The notes: generated by a model from the letters alone, not told the origin. DNA of 64,000 nucleotides from Antedon mediterranea (GCF_964355755.1 NC_092670.1:34026388-34090387), one strand, 5' to 3'. Counted from the stretch's first letter, positions 49,911 through 63,353 are shown. Numbers and translations: made by a program.

Positions 49911-52900
49911 TTAATTGGCCATCTTCCATGGACCACATGTGGGCATATCGCCAGGCGGTTGAGGGATTTCGTCCATCTCACCGACTTGGAAAATCATAGC
50001 TTGTCCTGTCTGAAATAGAAAAAGAAACCTATGAGGAAAAATATTACAAGACCAACTTCTTGGATAATACAATTTATTTTTTTTTAAAGAAACAATAGAA
50101 TTTGAAATGAATAACAGAAAAACTTGTCACTAAATTCTGACTTCAAATAGGAGGAACCAAGCTTTACCCTGCTTACACTTAATACTTGGAACAAGGCAAT
50201 CTATCAACAGGACACTGAGCTCGCCTTGTCAAGATAGGAACTTGTAACAGTCCATTTATCAGTTAATAGGCGTAGAATTGATCGTGTCGGAGCCATATAT
50301 AAACCCTTTGATCTCCGGAGCTCAGAATCCTGTTGTTGGATTGCCGTGCTTGGAGATTACTTAGTTCTTTCATTACTTACTTCTAAATGACTGTTTGTTA
50401 CCGCATTAAATAACCAATAACCAGGATTATCCGCCTTCCATCTTAAGATTACGTAGCCATATGCAGGTACATTTACAGTGTCTTTAATTACAGCTTCGTC
50501 GGGTGAAATTCTTGTAAGTAATCCTAAAATTGTAATAAGTAATAATAATTTCGCTTTCATATCAAAACAATAGCGTAATAATACAAATCTTCGCTTTTAA
50601 CTTCCCATGGTTATAAATTCAATTTATCACAGTGGTTAGTTTACGCCAATCTATCAGACATTCTATCAGAAAATCTATCAGACAATCTATCATACATTCT
50701 ATCAAACAATCTATCAGATATTCTATCAGACAATCTATCATACATTTTATCAGACAATCTATCAGACAATCTATCAGACTTTCTATCAGTCAATCTATCA
50801 GACATCTATCAGACAATGCATTCTATCAGACGATCAGACAGTCTATCAGACAATCTATCATACATTTTATCAGACAACCTATCAGACAATCTATCAGACA
50901 ATCTATCAGACATCCTATCAGACATTCTATCAGACAATCTATCAGACAATCTATCAGACATTCTATCAGATATTCTATCAGACAATCTATCAAACATGCG
51001 TTGCGCGCGTTTTGTGAAATTGTTTCTATTGTTGTTGGAAGGTATCTACGCCTACAAGATTCGTGAAGAGAACAACGGAATTAATTAGTGTATATAACGT
51101 TCTATATTTGCTTTATTTTACCTTGTTCGTCTAATTCTTTGAGTTCATCTTTTGTAAACAAACTACCAATTCTACCCATGCCTACAACTCGAGCGGAAGC
51201 TCCGTGCATGTGTACTGAGTAATCATCTGAATTTTGATTTGCAATAACGAGTTCAACGACCTAAATAGAATAAATACATAGATTGTGATTTTTTAACAGG
51301 ATTTAAATTTCTTTTAGCAATTTATACGAGTTCTTCTCTCTTGATAACCCTGGGTCATGAGCTGTTTGATGTTGAACACAGCTAGCTACAGTGCATGTTT
51401 CATAAGATCGTGATGATTCTGGGGTTTATGAGGCCGATTATCGGCATTCTCTTGTGGTAATTTGTTTCTGTTCGTCTAAGGTAGCGCAAACTATCGTCCG
51501 TACCCAGGGCCTGTTTCTGCTATATTTTTGGCGGCAGACATGGTGCTCACAAAAATATATCGTATAAAACATACCGTATTTTGCCCCACCAAATGTGTGG
51601 ATAAAACAAGGTATTTATAAATTTATACCGTATTGTGTGTACCCTTTTCTGCTTCAAATAAATATACCATATGTTTTGAATTTCTGTAAGCTTTTTACAC
51701 ACAGATAGTCTATAGTCAACGAAAGTAAGGAACAACATCCTAACATTTGCAATCTGCTGGATAAACAAATATTTCGGAGAAAAAAGAACAACCAGATTTA
51801 GAAATGTATTTATTTATATTTTGTTTTAAAGCAAAATTTAAGGAGAGTACGGGGTGGTGCGCACTTGAAACAAGTCAATACAAATCAAGTGACTGTTGAA
51901 GAAAAAGCTACAACATCGCCACAGATAACAAATTCTAATTTACGCAAAGAAGGAATAACTTGTACTCATTTTGGGGGTCGAAAGGCAGGTTTGGTTTAAT
52001 AAAAGACACGACCACCTACTGTAGTAATTTTAGCAGAAACGAGGTACTCAAAACACGGTAAATAATATATTGTATTTTATATACCGTATTCTTATAACAT
52101 ATTTTAGGATATGCTGCAGAATCAGACTCGATCGGACTACCCCTTCCCATCCAAAGTATGACAATTCAACTTTTGAAATCTACTGATAGGCATGGCGTAT
52201 TTAATGAGTTTACCTTTCCAAGAGGTATCTTTAAAATACTAGTACATCTGCATAACACGGTGATACCGTCACAACTTTGATACAATTCATCATCTGTCGT
52301 GGGTTCGCAGGTTTCAACCGTTTCTCGATTGAACAAAATCGGAGTGTCCGGATACAAGAAGGCGACATTGTCGACTTCAAAGTAACTTAACACATTACCA
52401 TCCGCTAAACGTCCATCAGGAGCGTATATTCTTTCTGCGCAATAGCTTAACGTTATATAATACTTGACGTCTATGGTGTACAAATCTTTATCGAAGTTTC
52501 TTTCTAAAAAAAAAAATGTTTACGAAAATTACGTCATAAGATGAAGTAAAGTTGGAATTCTTGACTTTTCGTTTTCACACCACGTGGCTTGTGACTATTA
52601 AGTAAAAATATCATTCTGATTAGGCTCATGCACAGAAAGGTCGATATTGTGTCAGTAAGAAGTACTAGGCTTTACTTTATTTCCCATTGCCTTATTGTTT
52701 TAAACATTGTTGATGTATTGTAACCCGCAGTTTATTAACAAATGTTTTCTTATTTTTAATGTTATATACATTAGACCAATAATAGATGAATTGAATTGAA
52801 TATATAGTGCATAATCAATGTATTGGGCCTATAATAATGTTTTAATATGGTGGAGAGGTAATGATGAGAGTGAGGAATATTCATTTTTGTTAAATGGTCT

Positions 52901-54452
52901 TACCGAGAGGCAATGCATCAAGTACTGAAAATTGAGGTGTGTTTGTAAGAGTCTCTGGAGTTTTGCTAACAGGGTAACAAGAAGGCCCTACATTGGCTCC
53001 AGTTGTGTACTTCAAAATGGCAACTCCATCATCAACGCATTCAGTCTCTTTTGATCCAGCGTAGTATATACAATACAATGCAGGTTTAGCAGTAGCCTTC
53101 AACAAGAAATCGTATCTAAAGTAAATTAGAAAGAACAATTATAAAAACAGCATGTGCATCTAAGGTTAAGATATTGTAATAATAAGAAATAAGTTTAAAA
53201 TGATTTTTTTCTGCCATCCTCATTATTTGAGAAAACACGCAACTAGAGTTTATAGATTACAACTTACCTTTCGCCCGGAGCTATAAGAATGGAATCAACT
53301 TCTTCAGGTACTACCTCAGATCCGTCTACTGCGACTACCGTTAGAGGATGTGATTGGATTGATACTACGAGGTTACAAAGAGCAAAGGCAGCACTGATCA
53401 TCCGGAAACGATACGTCATTCCTACTTCGACTTCAAATGTTGACAGAGGTGTATAAAAAACGTCACCATGATCATTGTAGAAGGGTTCTTCTTGTGCTCT
53501 CCCGTTTATAAGTATAGAAAACTTCTGGGCTTCAGAATCTACGTAAATTGTCGGACTGTCAGTCATCAAGTATGTACTCAGAGTTGGTCTTTCTTTCCAG
53601 TCAGCTATCATCATCACATGCTCCGGAAGATCAAAGTCATATAAATGACTATTATATTCGTATTGCATGTTCTTTTTTACTATCAGCGCTCCATACATAC
53701 CATCATTTCTCATGTAACCAGAATGTCCATGGTACCAGTGAGTGCCGGCTGGACTTGCTGTGAATTCATAAACAAACGAAGATGAAGATGCGACTGGACA
53801 TTGCGTAATCATGGAAACACCATCCATCCAGTTGGTTCCTTCTTGGTGCATTCCATACCAATGTATCGTCATTGCTCCTCTATCTTGTAGATTGTTAAGT
53901 AACTTTACTTGAACCGTATCCCCTTCACATACCTTAAATATATAAAAGATCCTTTGTGCCTTACTCGATCAGGTTGCATAACGCTGAATAATCTAAATGT
54001 GTCAATTAAGCATGGTATTTATTTTTTAGCCAGTTTTTATTGCATATTTTAACTAATTATTGGAACCAGTATAAATTCTTATAGTATTTTTGATGTTCTT
54101 ATATGTTGCTTTTAAAATGTAGTATCCCTGTAGTATTCATGTCTGTTTTGAGGACATGTCCCTGTAGTATATTCATGCCAAATCCCAGCTCAATACTACA
54201 ACAAATAAGGGAGGAGAAGTACTATAAAAATCGCACTTTTTACTCAAATAGTTTCGGAAGGAGGAGAAGATGAGAGAGTCTTAGACTCGGGTACCCCGAG
54301 TAAAAGCCCGTTATGGTACAATATGCCAAATTTACCTTGATTGGTTGATTACAAGATAGGTCTATGTGGTAATTCTTACCTCAATGGTTGGCCCGGGTAT
54401 AGTGTAATTAGTAGTGACAGAAGGTCTTGAGACACCGTCAAGTGCCAGACAT
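49911..54452 (-). CDS. Laccase-like multicopper oxidase homologue with degenerate copper sites (7 exons, 539 aa visible; 5' exon(s) not located)
   Basis: Exons 54452-54380, 53932-53268, 53115-52904, 52503-52214, 51260-51122, 50523-50381 and 50009-49911; all GT-AG and in frame. Motifs: IPGPTIEVCEGD, TIHWYG, WMDGVSMITQCP, GTHWYHGH, INGR, YRFRMI, APGERYDF, KDTVNVP, ADNPGYWLF, PTCG. Confidence 0.9.
50648..50995. repeat. 12-bp minisatellite CTATCAGACAAT in a multicopper oxidase intron
   Basis: Roughly 28 imperfect copies. Confidence 0.92.
53268..53932 (-). CDS. Multicopper oxidase homologue, large exon (cupredoxin domains 1-2)
   Basis: VCEGDTVQV...TIHWYGMHQ...GTHWYHGH...APGER. Confidence 0.92.
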
Positions 54453-55598
54453 CTATCGAAAGAACATATAATTAATAATAAAGTTATGGAGGTAAAAGTT
54501 TACAAACAGACGGCAATCGATCAGTCAACCATTTTCAAATAGAAAGTACATACTGTGAATGTATTCTATAAACAGTAGCTCAGTTTAATCTGAGCACGTT
54601 TGAAAATGTTTAAATATCGCTGTTAATCGTACATGTATCGTGTTTGTTTTACGGAAACGACAGCATTCTGCCATTCCTGATGAATCCTGAATTTAATCAA
54701 GTTAGTTTAGTATACCCACTAGTGTGCTATTGTTGAATAAAAAATAAATTAGGAAATAAAATTATATAATTAGAGATACACCGTGACAAATGGTAAGTGT
54801 TACTATTGTTCTTAATATTATGTTCTAAATTGCCAAATGCGAAAAGAACAAAAATGGCTGAGACTAAAAAAGATGTAGTAATACATCTGGGGGGTAGGAT
54901 TTATTATCAAACAAAAAAACTCTGCCTTAAAGATCAGGTACAGGCATGAAATTTAAATATAATATTTGGTTAATTGTACATAAATCAAATATTTGTAACA
55001 GAAATCAAGACGAAAAAACACACATTTTCCTTATTGTCAAATACAACATTTGGCAAAATTCTTCCAGAAAAAACAGGAAGACTTTTTTTCAGTAGTTAGG
55101 TAGTTAACCTAATGTAATAACATGTCTGGTGACAACCTAAAAGGTAAAAAAGATGGTGGATATACGGTGGATAATTTTTGCTATAGCATGAAAATAAAAA
55201 TCTGGAGTTGAATAAAAATACCAGAAATGTAATATTCAAGTTATATTACCTGTATTTAATCATCTGATAACATTTTTTACCACACCGTTTATTTTTCATA
55301 GCTTTTTAAAAGGCCTTTCTATTTACAAAATTTGTGTACAAAAGAATAGAGATTTTACTGTGAAATTTGAACTATCCCCCCACTGATAAGAAAGTGCTTA
55401 TTTTCAACAAGCTCATGTAACACAAATAAATTCCAAAAAAATTATGAAACATAGGGGAAACTATAGATCGATAATTATTGGAATGTATGATCAATAGAAA
55501 TTTTTTGCCCGCACCTGGCCTTTTGCTTAGCTTTATCCATATATCTAAGCAAAAGTATTTGCTTCATTTTGTCTGAAAAGAGCTTATAACTTGCTTAC

Positions 55599-55736
55599 TT
55601 GCAACGTTTCCGATGATAGGGTAAGGCGTTTGAGCAGGTGGCATTCCAGGTGTACGTCGAATGTTGAAATGATCCACGTAAGCAGCAGGACGACCAGCAC
55701 TACGACTAGAGACAATGTACTTGTACACTTGAACAT
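55599..55736 (-). pseudogene. Frameshifted cytochrome P450 first coding exon
   Basis: MFKCTSTLSLVVVLVVLLLTWIIST (membrane anchor), then after a 1-nt shift at ~55660 RRTPGMPPAQTPYPIIGNVA (PPGP..P.IGN hinge); GTAAG donor. Confidence 0.75.
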
Positions 55737-56422
55737 CCTATAAGAAAACAAGCATTTATAAGCCAACAATTGTTTATACATTACATTATTTTTTTCAACC
55801 AAATAACCTAGAAGACAAAAATTGAAACATTACACGAGGAATGTCATAAATGGTGTCAATTTGTTTATTTCAACTTGTTATCATTATTCATCAATATTTG
55901 TGAAATCCACTACTTCTGTAAACTTTGCTTCATTGTTAATCAGTTGAAAGCGTCCGACTCTCATGACCGTGTTTATACATCTGAAAAGTAAAATGTGTCG
56001 AATGCGCAACTTTAGTATTCATTCTTAATACTGGGAGCCTCTTCGGTCAAAGACTATTCACCCAGAGGGCCAAATTATGATCAGTGGCTGTGTGAGCCAG
56101 TGGCTGAGTACGGGGTATCTGTACCTACGATTTATAGTCCTTATCCGAAAAGAGTCGTTGACCACCAGAACCATAGAGCGAGCGAGCCTCGATTCCTTGC
56201 CGATGTTATGGTTACGTAGTTCGGCGACTCACTTGCTAAACAATGTATTAGTTTATCGGTCTGCCATTAAATGTAAGAGATCAGATACGAGGTGGCTTTT
56301 TTTTAAAGAAGAGCTCAAGGATGGATCTATTTTACAGTGGGTCAATAAACGATTCGTGCTAAAAATGCAGTCTTTTTTTAGTAAAACTAATTTATTCAAA
56401 TTATTCTTTTTCCAAAAACTAA

Positions 56423-56466
56423 CCTTGACAGTTTCGCTGTCCTGATCGGACAGCTTCTTCAGAAAT
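56423..56466 (-). ncRNA. Minimal hammerhead ribozyme (PLE2 pLTR)
   Basis: UUU-CUGAAGA-AGCUGUCC-GAUCA-GGACAGC-GAAACUGUC-AAG: core, 7-bp stem II, vestigial stem III, GUC cleavage triplet. Confidence 0.78.
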
Positions 56467-57616
56467 AATGACGATCTATCATCAAACAGACTGACCTCTA
56501 GAGGGCCTATTCTGTTTAATGACAGGGTCATACACGTGACTGAGTTGGTGGGTGCCCTCGTCTCTGTTGATGATTTGGTTTCCTCGTCTGCGGATCCAGA
56601 TGGCTTCTCTGATGCGTCGGTTGTTTGTATCTGGTTCCCTGTCGATAATTTTAGGTTGTGTCCAGTCTATTATGTGATTTAACTTGACGGCATGATCTGC
56701 TATAGCTGATTTACTCTCTATGTGATTGACGAGTGAAGTTCTTTCTCTGTTGGGTTATCTTTTCTGTTTCTTTTCTATGTTCATTTAACCTTGTGCCAAA
56801 ACAACGACCCGTTTCTCCAATGTAGGTGTGATCACAATTAGAACATGAGATTTCGTAGACGCAATTAGCCACTTTCAATTTGTCAATTTGGTCCTTTGGG
56901 TGGACAAGTAGTTGGCGTAATGAAGTGTGGGGTTTCATAGCTGTGTTGATGCCAAACTCCTTAAACACTTTACTAACTCGCTCCGAAAGTCCTGCTACAT
57001 AAGGGACGACTACAAATCCTTTGCTTTCCATGGTGTTTTCTTTCTTCTTGGATGTTACTTTTTTATTTTCTTTCATTTTTTTCTTTACTTGGTTGAATGA
57101 CCACTTAGGATAGCCACATCTGGAAAGGGCTTATGTTATATTGGCCTCTTCTGTATTACGATCTGCATCCATAGTGACAATGGAATTCATACGGTCAAAT
57201 AGTGTTCTGATTATTCCCAGTTTTTGATGTACAGGATGGTGAGAATCAAAATGTAGGTACTGGTCCGTATGTGTCGGTTTTCTATATACTAAAAGTTTGA
57301 CAGATCCATCTGGTTTTCTAATGATGAGAGAATCGAGGAAAGGGATCTTGTTTTCGTATTCTTTCTTGTAGGTGAACTTTATGGTGCCAGCTGGGTCAGA
57401 TGAATTGAGATGTTGTGTGAGATTTTCAACTTGGTCTTGTTTAACAATTTCAAGAACGTCATCCACGTAGCGTTTCCATAACCGAGGTTTACATTCTAAG
57501 GGTGCTGACGCTATAGCTTTCTGTTCTAGAAATTCTAAATTAAACAGAATAGGCCCTCTAGAGGTCAGTCTGTTTGATGATAGATCGTCATTATTTCTGA
57601 AGAAGCTGTCCGATCA

Positions 57617-58516
57617 GTGATTTTTTTTTTCGTACATAAGTTGGGGACCCCTCATGAATAATTCATCAGTTAAATTTGTTTTTCCGTGTGCACCCAAGCG
57701 TATAGCAACAAGAAGCGATTACACTGGGCGATACGATTCTTTCTACAGTAGGCCTAGGATTCTAGGTCAATTCACGTGATTGCCTTCGCGTCCTCTTCTT
57801 CACACACACCACTGGCACTATGCATAATGTGTCGAGGCTAATCGACAGCTAGGCAAGACACATTCAACTAAGTAGTAATTGGACATAGAATTTGTGTACT
57901 GTAATTTTTTTAATTCTGCTATTTTACTATCAAACAATATGTACTCAAAGGAACTTGTGTACTGTAATTTTTTTAATTCTGCTATTTTATTATCAAACAA
58001 TATGTACTCAAAGGAACTTTAAAAATGCGCGTATATGAACACATGAGATGGGAAGATTAGACCCACCAGAATAAAAAATTTATTTTTGTGTAATGTTTAT
58101 TGTTTAATTTTGCTGACTTATTAGTATTACTCGGACTGTGTCATACCTAACACACACACAGCTACTACTAGAATAGACATGGGTTTAGAGACTAACATTA
58201 GGCCTAATACATGTAGTATTAATAGAAACTATCATTTTAACACGTAATTCTTTAGTAATAAATTATATTAAAAACACCATAAACTAAAGGCTGATTATTT
58301 CGACAATCCACACAAAACGCCGTTATTCTTTTATGAAATCGCACGCCGCAACCACAGCGGAGATAGGCCTAGAATCGTACCGCACTTGTGTAATCACTTC
58401 TTGTTGCTATACGCTTGGGTGCACACGGAACAAGAACATTTAACTGATGAATTATTCATGTTTATTTTGTGACGTTTCATGAGGGGTCCCCAACTTATGT
58501 ACGAAAAAAAAATCGC
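57617..58516. mobile_element. MULE-type MITE, 900 bp
   Basis: Long TIRs (GATTTTTTTTT.CGTACATAAGTTGGGGACCCCTCATGAA, extending ~140 bp); 9-bp TSD GTCCGATCA (57608-57616, 58517-58525); internal 63-bp duplication. Confidence 0.88.
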
Positions 58517-59040
58517 GTCCGATCAGGACAGCGAAACTGTCAAGGTTAGTTTTTACTAATTATTGGTTTGTAAAAAAGAATAATTTCAATATACTTATAC
58601 CTACAAACCAGATGAACATTTTCAATCACTAATTTATTCATTGAAGAAAACTACATATTATACAATATGATAAGAGAAGAGTGTTCACTCTTTCCTGTTT
58701 TCTATTTCATTATTGCTGAACAAAAAAAAACTTTACAGAATTTTTTTTTAATTTATTCAACGCTATTGTATTTATTGGAAATTGGGAGTTGAAAACTTGA
58801 GTAAATTTGCGAATAAATATTTGCTGCATCATACTTCTACCTCGCTCGAGTTTTAAACAATTGTAACCTTTGAAATGTAGGCCTACACTATATTTTACTA
58901 CGCTGTTTGATAACGAGTCAGGCTATCTTTATATAGTTTTCTCTGTGAAAAATAAAAGATGATGTGTGTAAGGTCTATGGTTTAAATCTTTCTTGGACAG
59001 TAAAATAATACTTTGCCATTTAAAATCGTGTATTGTAGTT

Positions 59041-59295
59041 TTAATTTCGTGAATGTGCAGCTGACTGATAAGGTCGAGTAAAGGTCACTATCATTGGCGT
59101 TCCTTCGATTGCTACGTCACCCGTCACTCCTGGAGCTTTCTCAAATGTATACCGTAGTTCTGAGATAACCACGTAAAGAAGGAAGATCTGACTAGCTTTA
59201 GCTAATGTTTGTCCAACACACGCTCTCCGACCAGTGGAAAACGGCAGATAGCTCGGAAGGTGTTGTTTGATAGTGCCCGTCGAATCCAAGAATAT
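59041..59295 (-). pseudogene. Cytochrome P450 (clan 2-like) terminal exon, probably degenerate
   Basis: FLDSTG...YLPFSTGRRACVGQTLAK heme motif; the expected FTWLxQNY segment lies in another frame, implying compensating indels. Confidence 0.75.
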
Positions 59296-59864
59296 CTATA
59301 AAAAAAAACACAGTACAGTAAGTAAAAGTAAGTATCCAAAATAATGAATTGTCCTGAGTTAGAAAAAACATAACTGCCATTCAACGATGAGACTAAGTTA
59401 AATGTAACAATCAGTCTTAACAATGAAATCATTTCTTCTATTCAACGAATAATAGGCCTATTTTTCCTGTCCATATTGGTTGGTTAGGTCCATGTAAAGA
59501 TAGTATTTTGATCTGTGAAGCAGGTCAATTACTGCAGACGTAGAAATGTATTTCTGTGTTACAATATGGCTATACTACTATTTATACCAATATTACAGAC
59601 AAGAGCTGACGTTTATATTAAAATACCTGGTTTAAACGCTACAGATTCATGTTGAACATTGTCTAATTTTTCATTATTATCGATCATTAATTAGTCTATT
59701 TTTTGAAAAGAATTTAACTTTCGATAAACCAATTATCAAGTACTAACTTCAGCTATTTCCAATAGCCGGCCTTGGTCACGCAAATTATAAATAATAAATT
59801 CATAACAGTACTTATAATTGTCCTGTATGTGTAAGATGTATGTGCATCTGTGCATGCTTTTACA

Positions 59865-60925
59865 TTTCGATAGCCCATTGCAATGCCCATACATTTCTAG
59901 ATATGGAGCCCATGTGGGTTTTGTATGGGATGGGCTTCCTAAAGATGGGACCCACATGAGGGGCGTGGGTGCAAAAACAGAAGAATCCCATATTGGCAAC
60001 CAATTATGATACCCATTTGTTTTTAGATATGGGCCCCATGTGGGTTTTGTTTGGAATGGGCTTACCAAGATGTGGCCCACATGGGGCCCAAATGGGCAAC
60101 ACATAATTTGCCCACTATGTCTTAGGATATGGGACCCATATGGGAAAAATATGGTACCCATAATTTTTTCTGATATGGGTCCCATGTGGGTTTATATTGG
60201 CTATGTGGGCATTCCAAATGGTACCCTTGTGTCAAAACAAGAAGAATCCCATATGGGCAACAAAATACGATTTCCATATGCTTTGAAATATGGGCCCCAT
60301 GTGGGTCATATTTATGGTCTATGTGGGCCTTCCCATGTGGGACCCATATGGTTCTTGGGTGCAAAAGTAGTTGAATCCCATATGGGAAACACAACATGAT
60401 ACCCATATGCTTTGCAATATGGGCCCCATATTTCATTTCATTTCATTTCATTTATTTATTCGACCAACAAAACATATATATAATGTACAAAGATGAAATT
60501 GGTCAGGGACTGCTAAAGTAATACGATTACTGTAACTACAAGAGTCAGCAGTCCCATGATCTTAACTAAAATAAATATAATTATAAACAAATAAAGTATA
60601 AAGCTGTGAGTATACAGAAAAAAACAACAAAAAAACAAAAAAAGAACAAATATGATTTTAAAAAAATTTAATTAAAAATAAACAAAAAAAAACTTATTAA
60701 TAAATTTAAAAAAGAAAGAATTAAACATAATTATCATGAAGGAAAGAGTCAATAGATGATAAAAGATGAGGAAAAGATTCAGTAACAGCTAATTGGCGTA
60801 ATGAGGAAGGTAACTGAGACTAAAGCTTATATGGTTTATATAATGGGCTATGTGGGCCTTCCCATGTGGGACCCAAATGGTTCTTGGGTGCAAAAATAGT
60901 GGAATCCCATATGGGAAACCCATGT
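59865..60925. repeat. Palindrome-rich degenerate satellite (CCCATATGGG / CCCATGTGGG) interrupted by a LINE 3' tail at ~60430-60825
   Basis: Repeated ~120-130 bp blocks; the insert begins (TTTCA)n-TTTATT. Confidence 0.75.
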
Positions 60926-61406
60926 ATGCTCTCATATACATTTATACAATTGCATTTTTGTTATCATCTGCTTGAATTACCATTACTATACCTATTATCA
61001 TTATTCACCATAATTATTTTCTATTTTTTATACATGTCATCATCAATGCATTTCATTTCTTTTATAATCTTTGTACATACATTATCAATTAACTTTTTAA
61101 CAATTTTTATCTTTTTAATTCTTACTTTTGCTTGAAAATAAATACAACTTAAAATGCGTTTTTATCTTTAATTGTTATACATGTTAACGTTAATGCATTT
61201 TCTTTCTTTTATAATCTTATATACCTTTCTTTATACCTGCGTTATCGAATTAACAAATTGTTTTTTTCTCTTTGAACAATGTTTTCATAAATACAAATAC
61301 GATGCGTTTTTATCTTTAATTAATTGTTATACATGTCATCATTAATACATTTCCTTTCTTTTATAATCTTATACATTGATTATACTTATATTTTATTTTA
61401 TATATA

Positions 61407-62300
61407 TCAATCAATCAATCAATCAATCGTTCGATTTATAGAGCGCCATTCCAACATTCATTGCTCATGGCACTGTAAAAAAAATCAGAAAAGGTGAGTT
61501 TTGAGTAGTGACTTAAAGTGACTCAATAATGATGTGTGTTTAATGTTCAAGGGTAGGTGGTTCCAGAGCCTAGGTCCAGCAACACTGAAAGTCCGATCTC
61601 CCAAACTATGTTTGCTCCTTGGAATGTCCAGTAGCACCTGATGACTAGATCTTAGTTCTCGCTTTCCCTTCTTGACTGTCAACAATTCTGAGCGCAAGTA
61701 TTTAGGCATCGGAACACCAGCAGCAGGATCTTAAATTTAACACGTGACTCCATGGGTAGCCAATTTAACTTTTTGAACAATGGTGTGACGTGATCATGAC
61801 CAAGCGAGCTGCCCAAATTGTGCACCTTCTGGAGAGTCCGCAACTGCTTCTTTGGCAGACCATACAGCAGGGAATTTCCCATATCAAGCCGACTGGTAAC
61901 AAAAGCATGTACAATCTGCTCTGTTGCACAATAGTTCAAGTAACGTCTGATCTTGGCGATGTTACATAAATGGAAAATAGCAGATCGGCAGATTTTGTTG
62001 ATATGTGATCATTTTACAATCAAGTTGTACACCAAGGTTACGAACTTCTGATGATGGATTGACTAGTACGCCACCAATATGTAGGCCATCAAACCGGATC
62101 TTTTTTCTCTGCTGAACAGAACCAAATAGGATCACCTCGGTCTTTTTATCATTTAGCTTGAAAAAGTTGGAGAATGGAGCCCATCCATTTTCTAATCTCA
62201 GCAGTGCATGATTCTAACCGTTTTACGGCGGTCAGAATCTCAGTCTGGCAAGGCTTGACAGAAACGTAGTTGTATATCATCTGCATAGAAATGATACATA
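61407..62300 (-). mobile_element. Degenerate L2-type LINE 3' fragment
   Basis: FYADD at ~62280, VHAFVTSRLD..NSLL.GLP, LNWLP, GDRTFSVAGPRLWN.LP, FKSLLKTHLF; (TTGA)n tail. Confidence 0.88.
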
Positions 62301-62885
62301 CATTATCAATTAACAAAAATGGTTTGTTTTATAAATATATATTACTGTTTTCTATATGATGTTTGTTTGAAATAAAAGTGGGATGCTTCCACATAAAGAA
62401 AAAAAAATGTATGCTCTCATATGGATATGGTTCCCATGGGATATTGTATCCGAAAAAAGTATTTATTCCAGGAGTGTTGAAATGCACACCGTGTGTCAGT
62501 GTGAAAGACCATATCGGACAAGAACACGTTTTTACGTAGGTGTACGTATGATATGTTATCTTTAATAAGTTAGCAGACGTTATGTCGGTAAGCCACTTTT
62601 TGTTCTAGCTATAGATTAGGGATTACTCTTCAATCTCTTTCTATGGAGTGGTCCTCGTCCGCTATGCGTGACGATTACATTTACTTTAAATGTTTTGTAA
62701 TGATCCAATGATTGTATACAATTTTACTGTACTAGTACCAGGAAAGAGTGAAATTACACTGTAATTTCACTCTTCTCTGACTACTGCTTTATAATTATAC
62801 TATTTCATAACACAACCATTCATTTGCCGTGCCGTGAATTTTCTTGAGAAAATGTGCGACGCGGTAGGATGTGAGTGTCGTCAAA

Positions 62886-63353
62886 TACCTTAAATTTTCT
62901 AATTGTAACCATGGGCTATTATTCTTTGATTGTTTTTTAGGAAGAAGAGGGATCTCTATTCACTAGTGGGTTACTATTACTAATCTTAAATTAGGCACCT
63001 GAAAATAGTAACCCACCCTCAACTTTTGCGGTCAGCAAAAGTAATAGCAAAATAATAAAACAGTACGAATAAACAAATTTGGTTGAACTCTAACTTTATT
63101 TTATAAACTCAAAAGCACTCGATCCTCCCCCACTCCCGAGATCAACGTGCATTATCTCCTTATTAAACGGCTGCATCATAAGTTGTTGTGACTCTAATAG
63201 TAATTCCCACATGCGTCACTATTAGAGTATTGGGTTATTATTATAGATTGACTTATAAGATGGGTTACTATTAGGTGGGTTACTATTAGGTGGGTTACTA
63301 TTAGGTGGGTTACTATTAGAGTGTGGGTTAGGACTATTAGAAGATTTACGGTA
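62886..63353. mobile_element. Tc1/pogo-type MITE
   Basis: TA-CCTTAAATTTTCTAAT ... ATTAGAAGATTTACGG-TA; subterminal GGGTTACTATTAGGT repeats. Confidence 0.65.

Larger units (their letters stand above)
56396..58590 (-). mobile_element. Penelope-like element 2 (Poseidon-like), 5'-truncated, with an inverted pLTR copy at 57540-57616 plus 58526-58590
   Basis: WKRYVDD, IPFLD, VYRKPTHTDQYLHFDSHHP, VPYV.GLSE, VYEISCSNCDHTYIGETGR (GIY-YIG), IREAIWI, NRDEG; one stop and one frameshift. Confidence 0.92.

Noticed and set aside
50632-51088. SIRQ / LSDR repeat ORFs
   Set aside because: Translations of a 12-bp intronic minisatellite.
54380-55736. Direct P450-anchor / oxidase fusion
   Set aside because: Splice phases are incompatible (0 or 1 versus 2).
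55850-55983. Possible short exon (CINTVMRVGRFQ...DE*)
   Set aside because: Has an acceptor but no recognisable homology; cannot be assigned.
59736-60436. Overlapping Gly/Pro/His-rich ORFs
   Set aside because: Products of a palindromic satellite.
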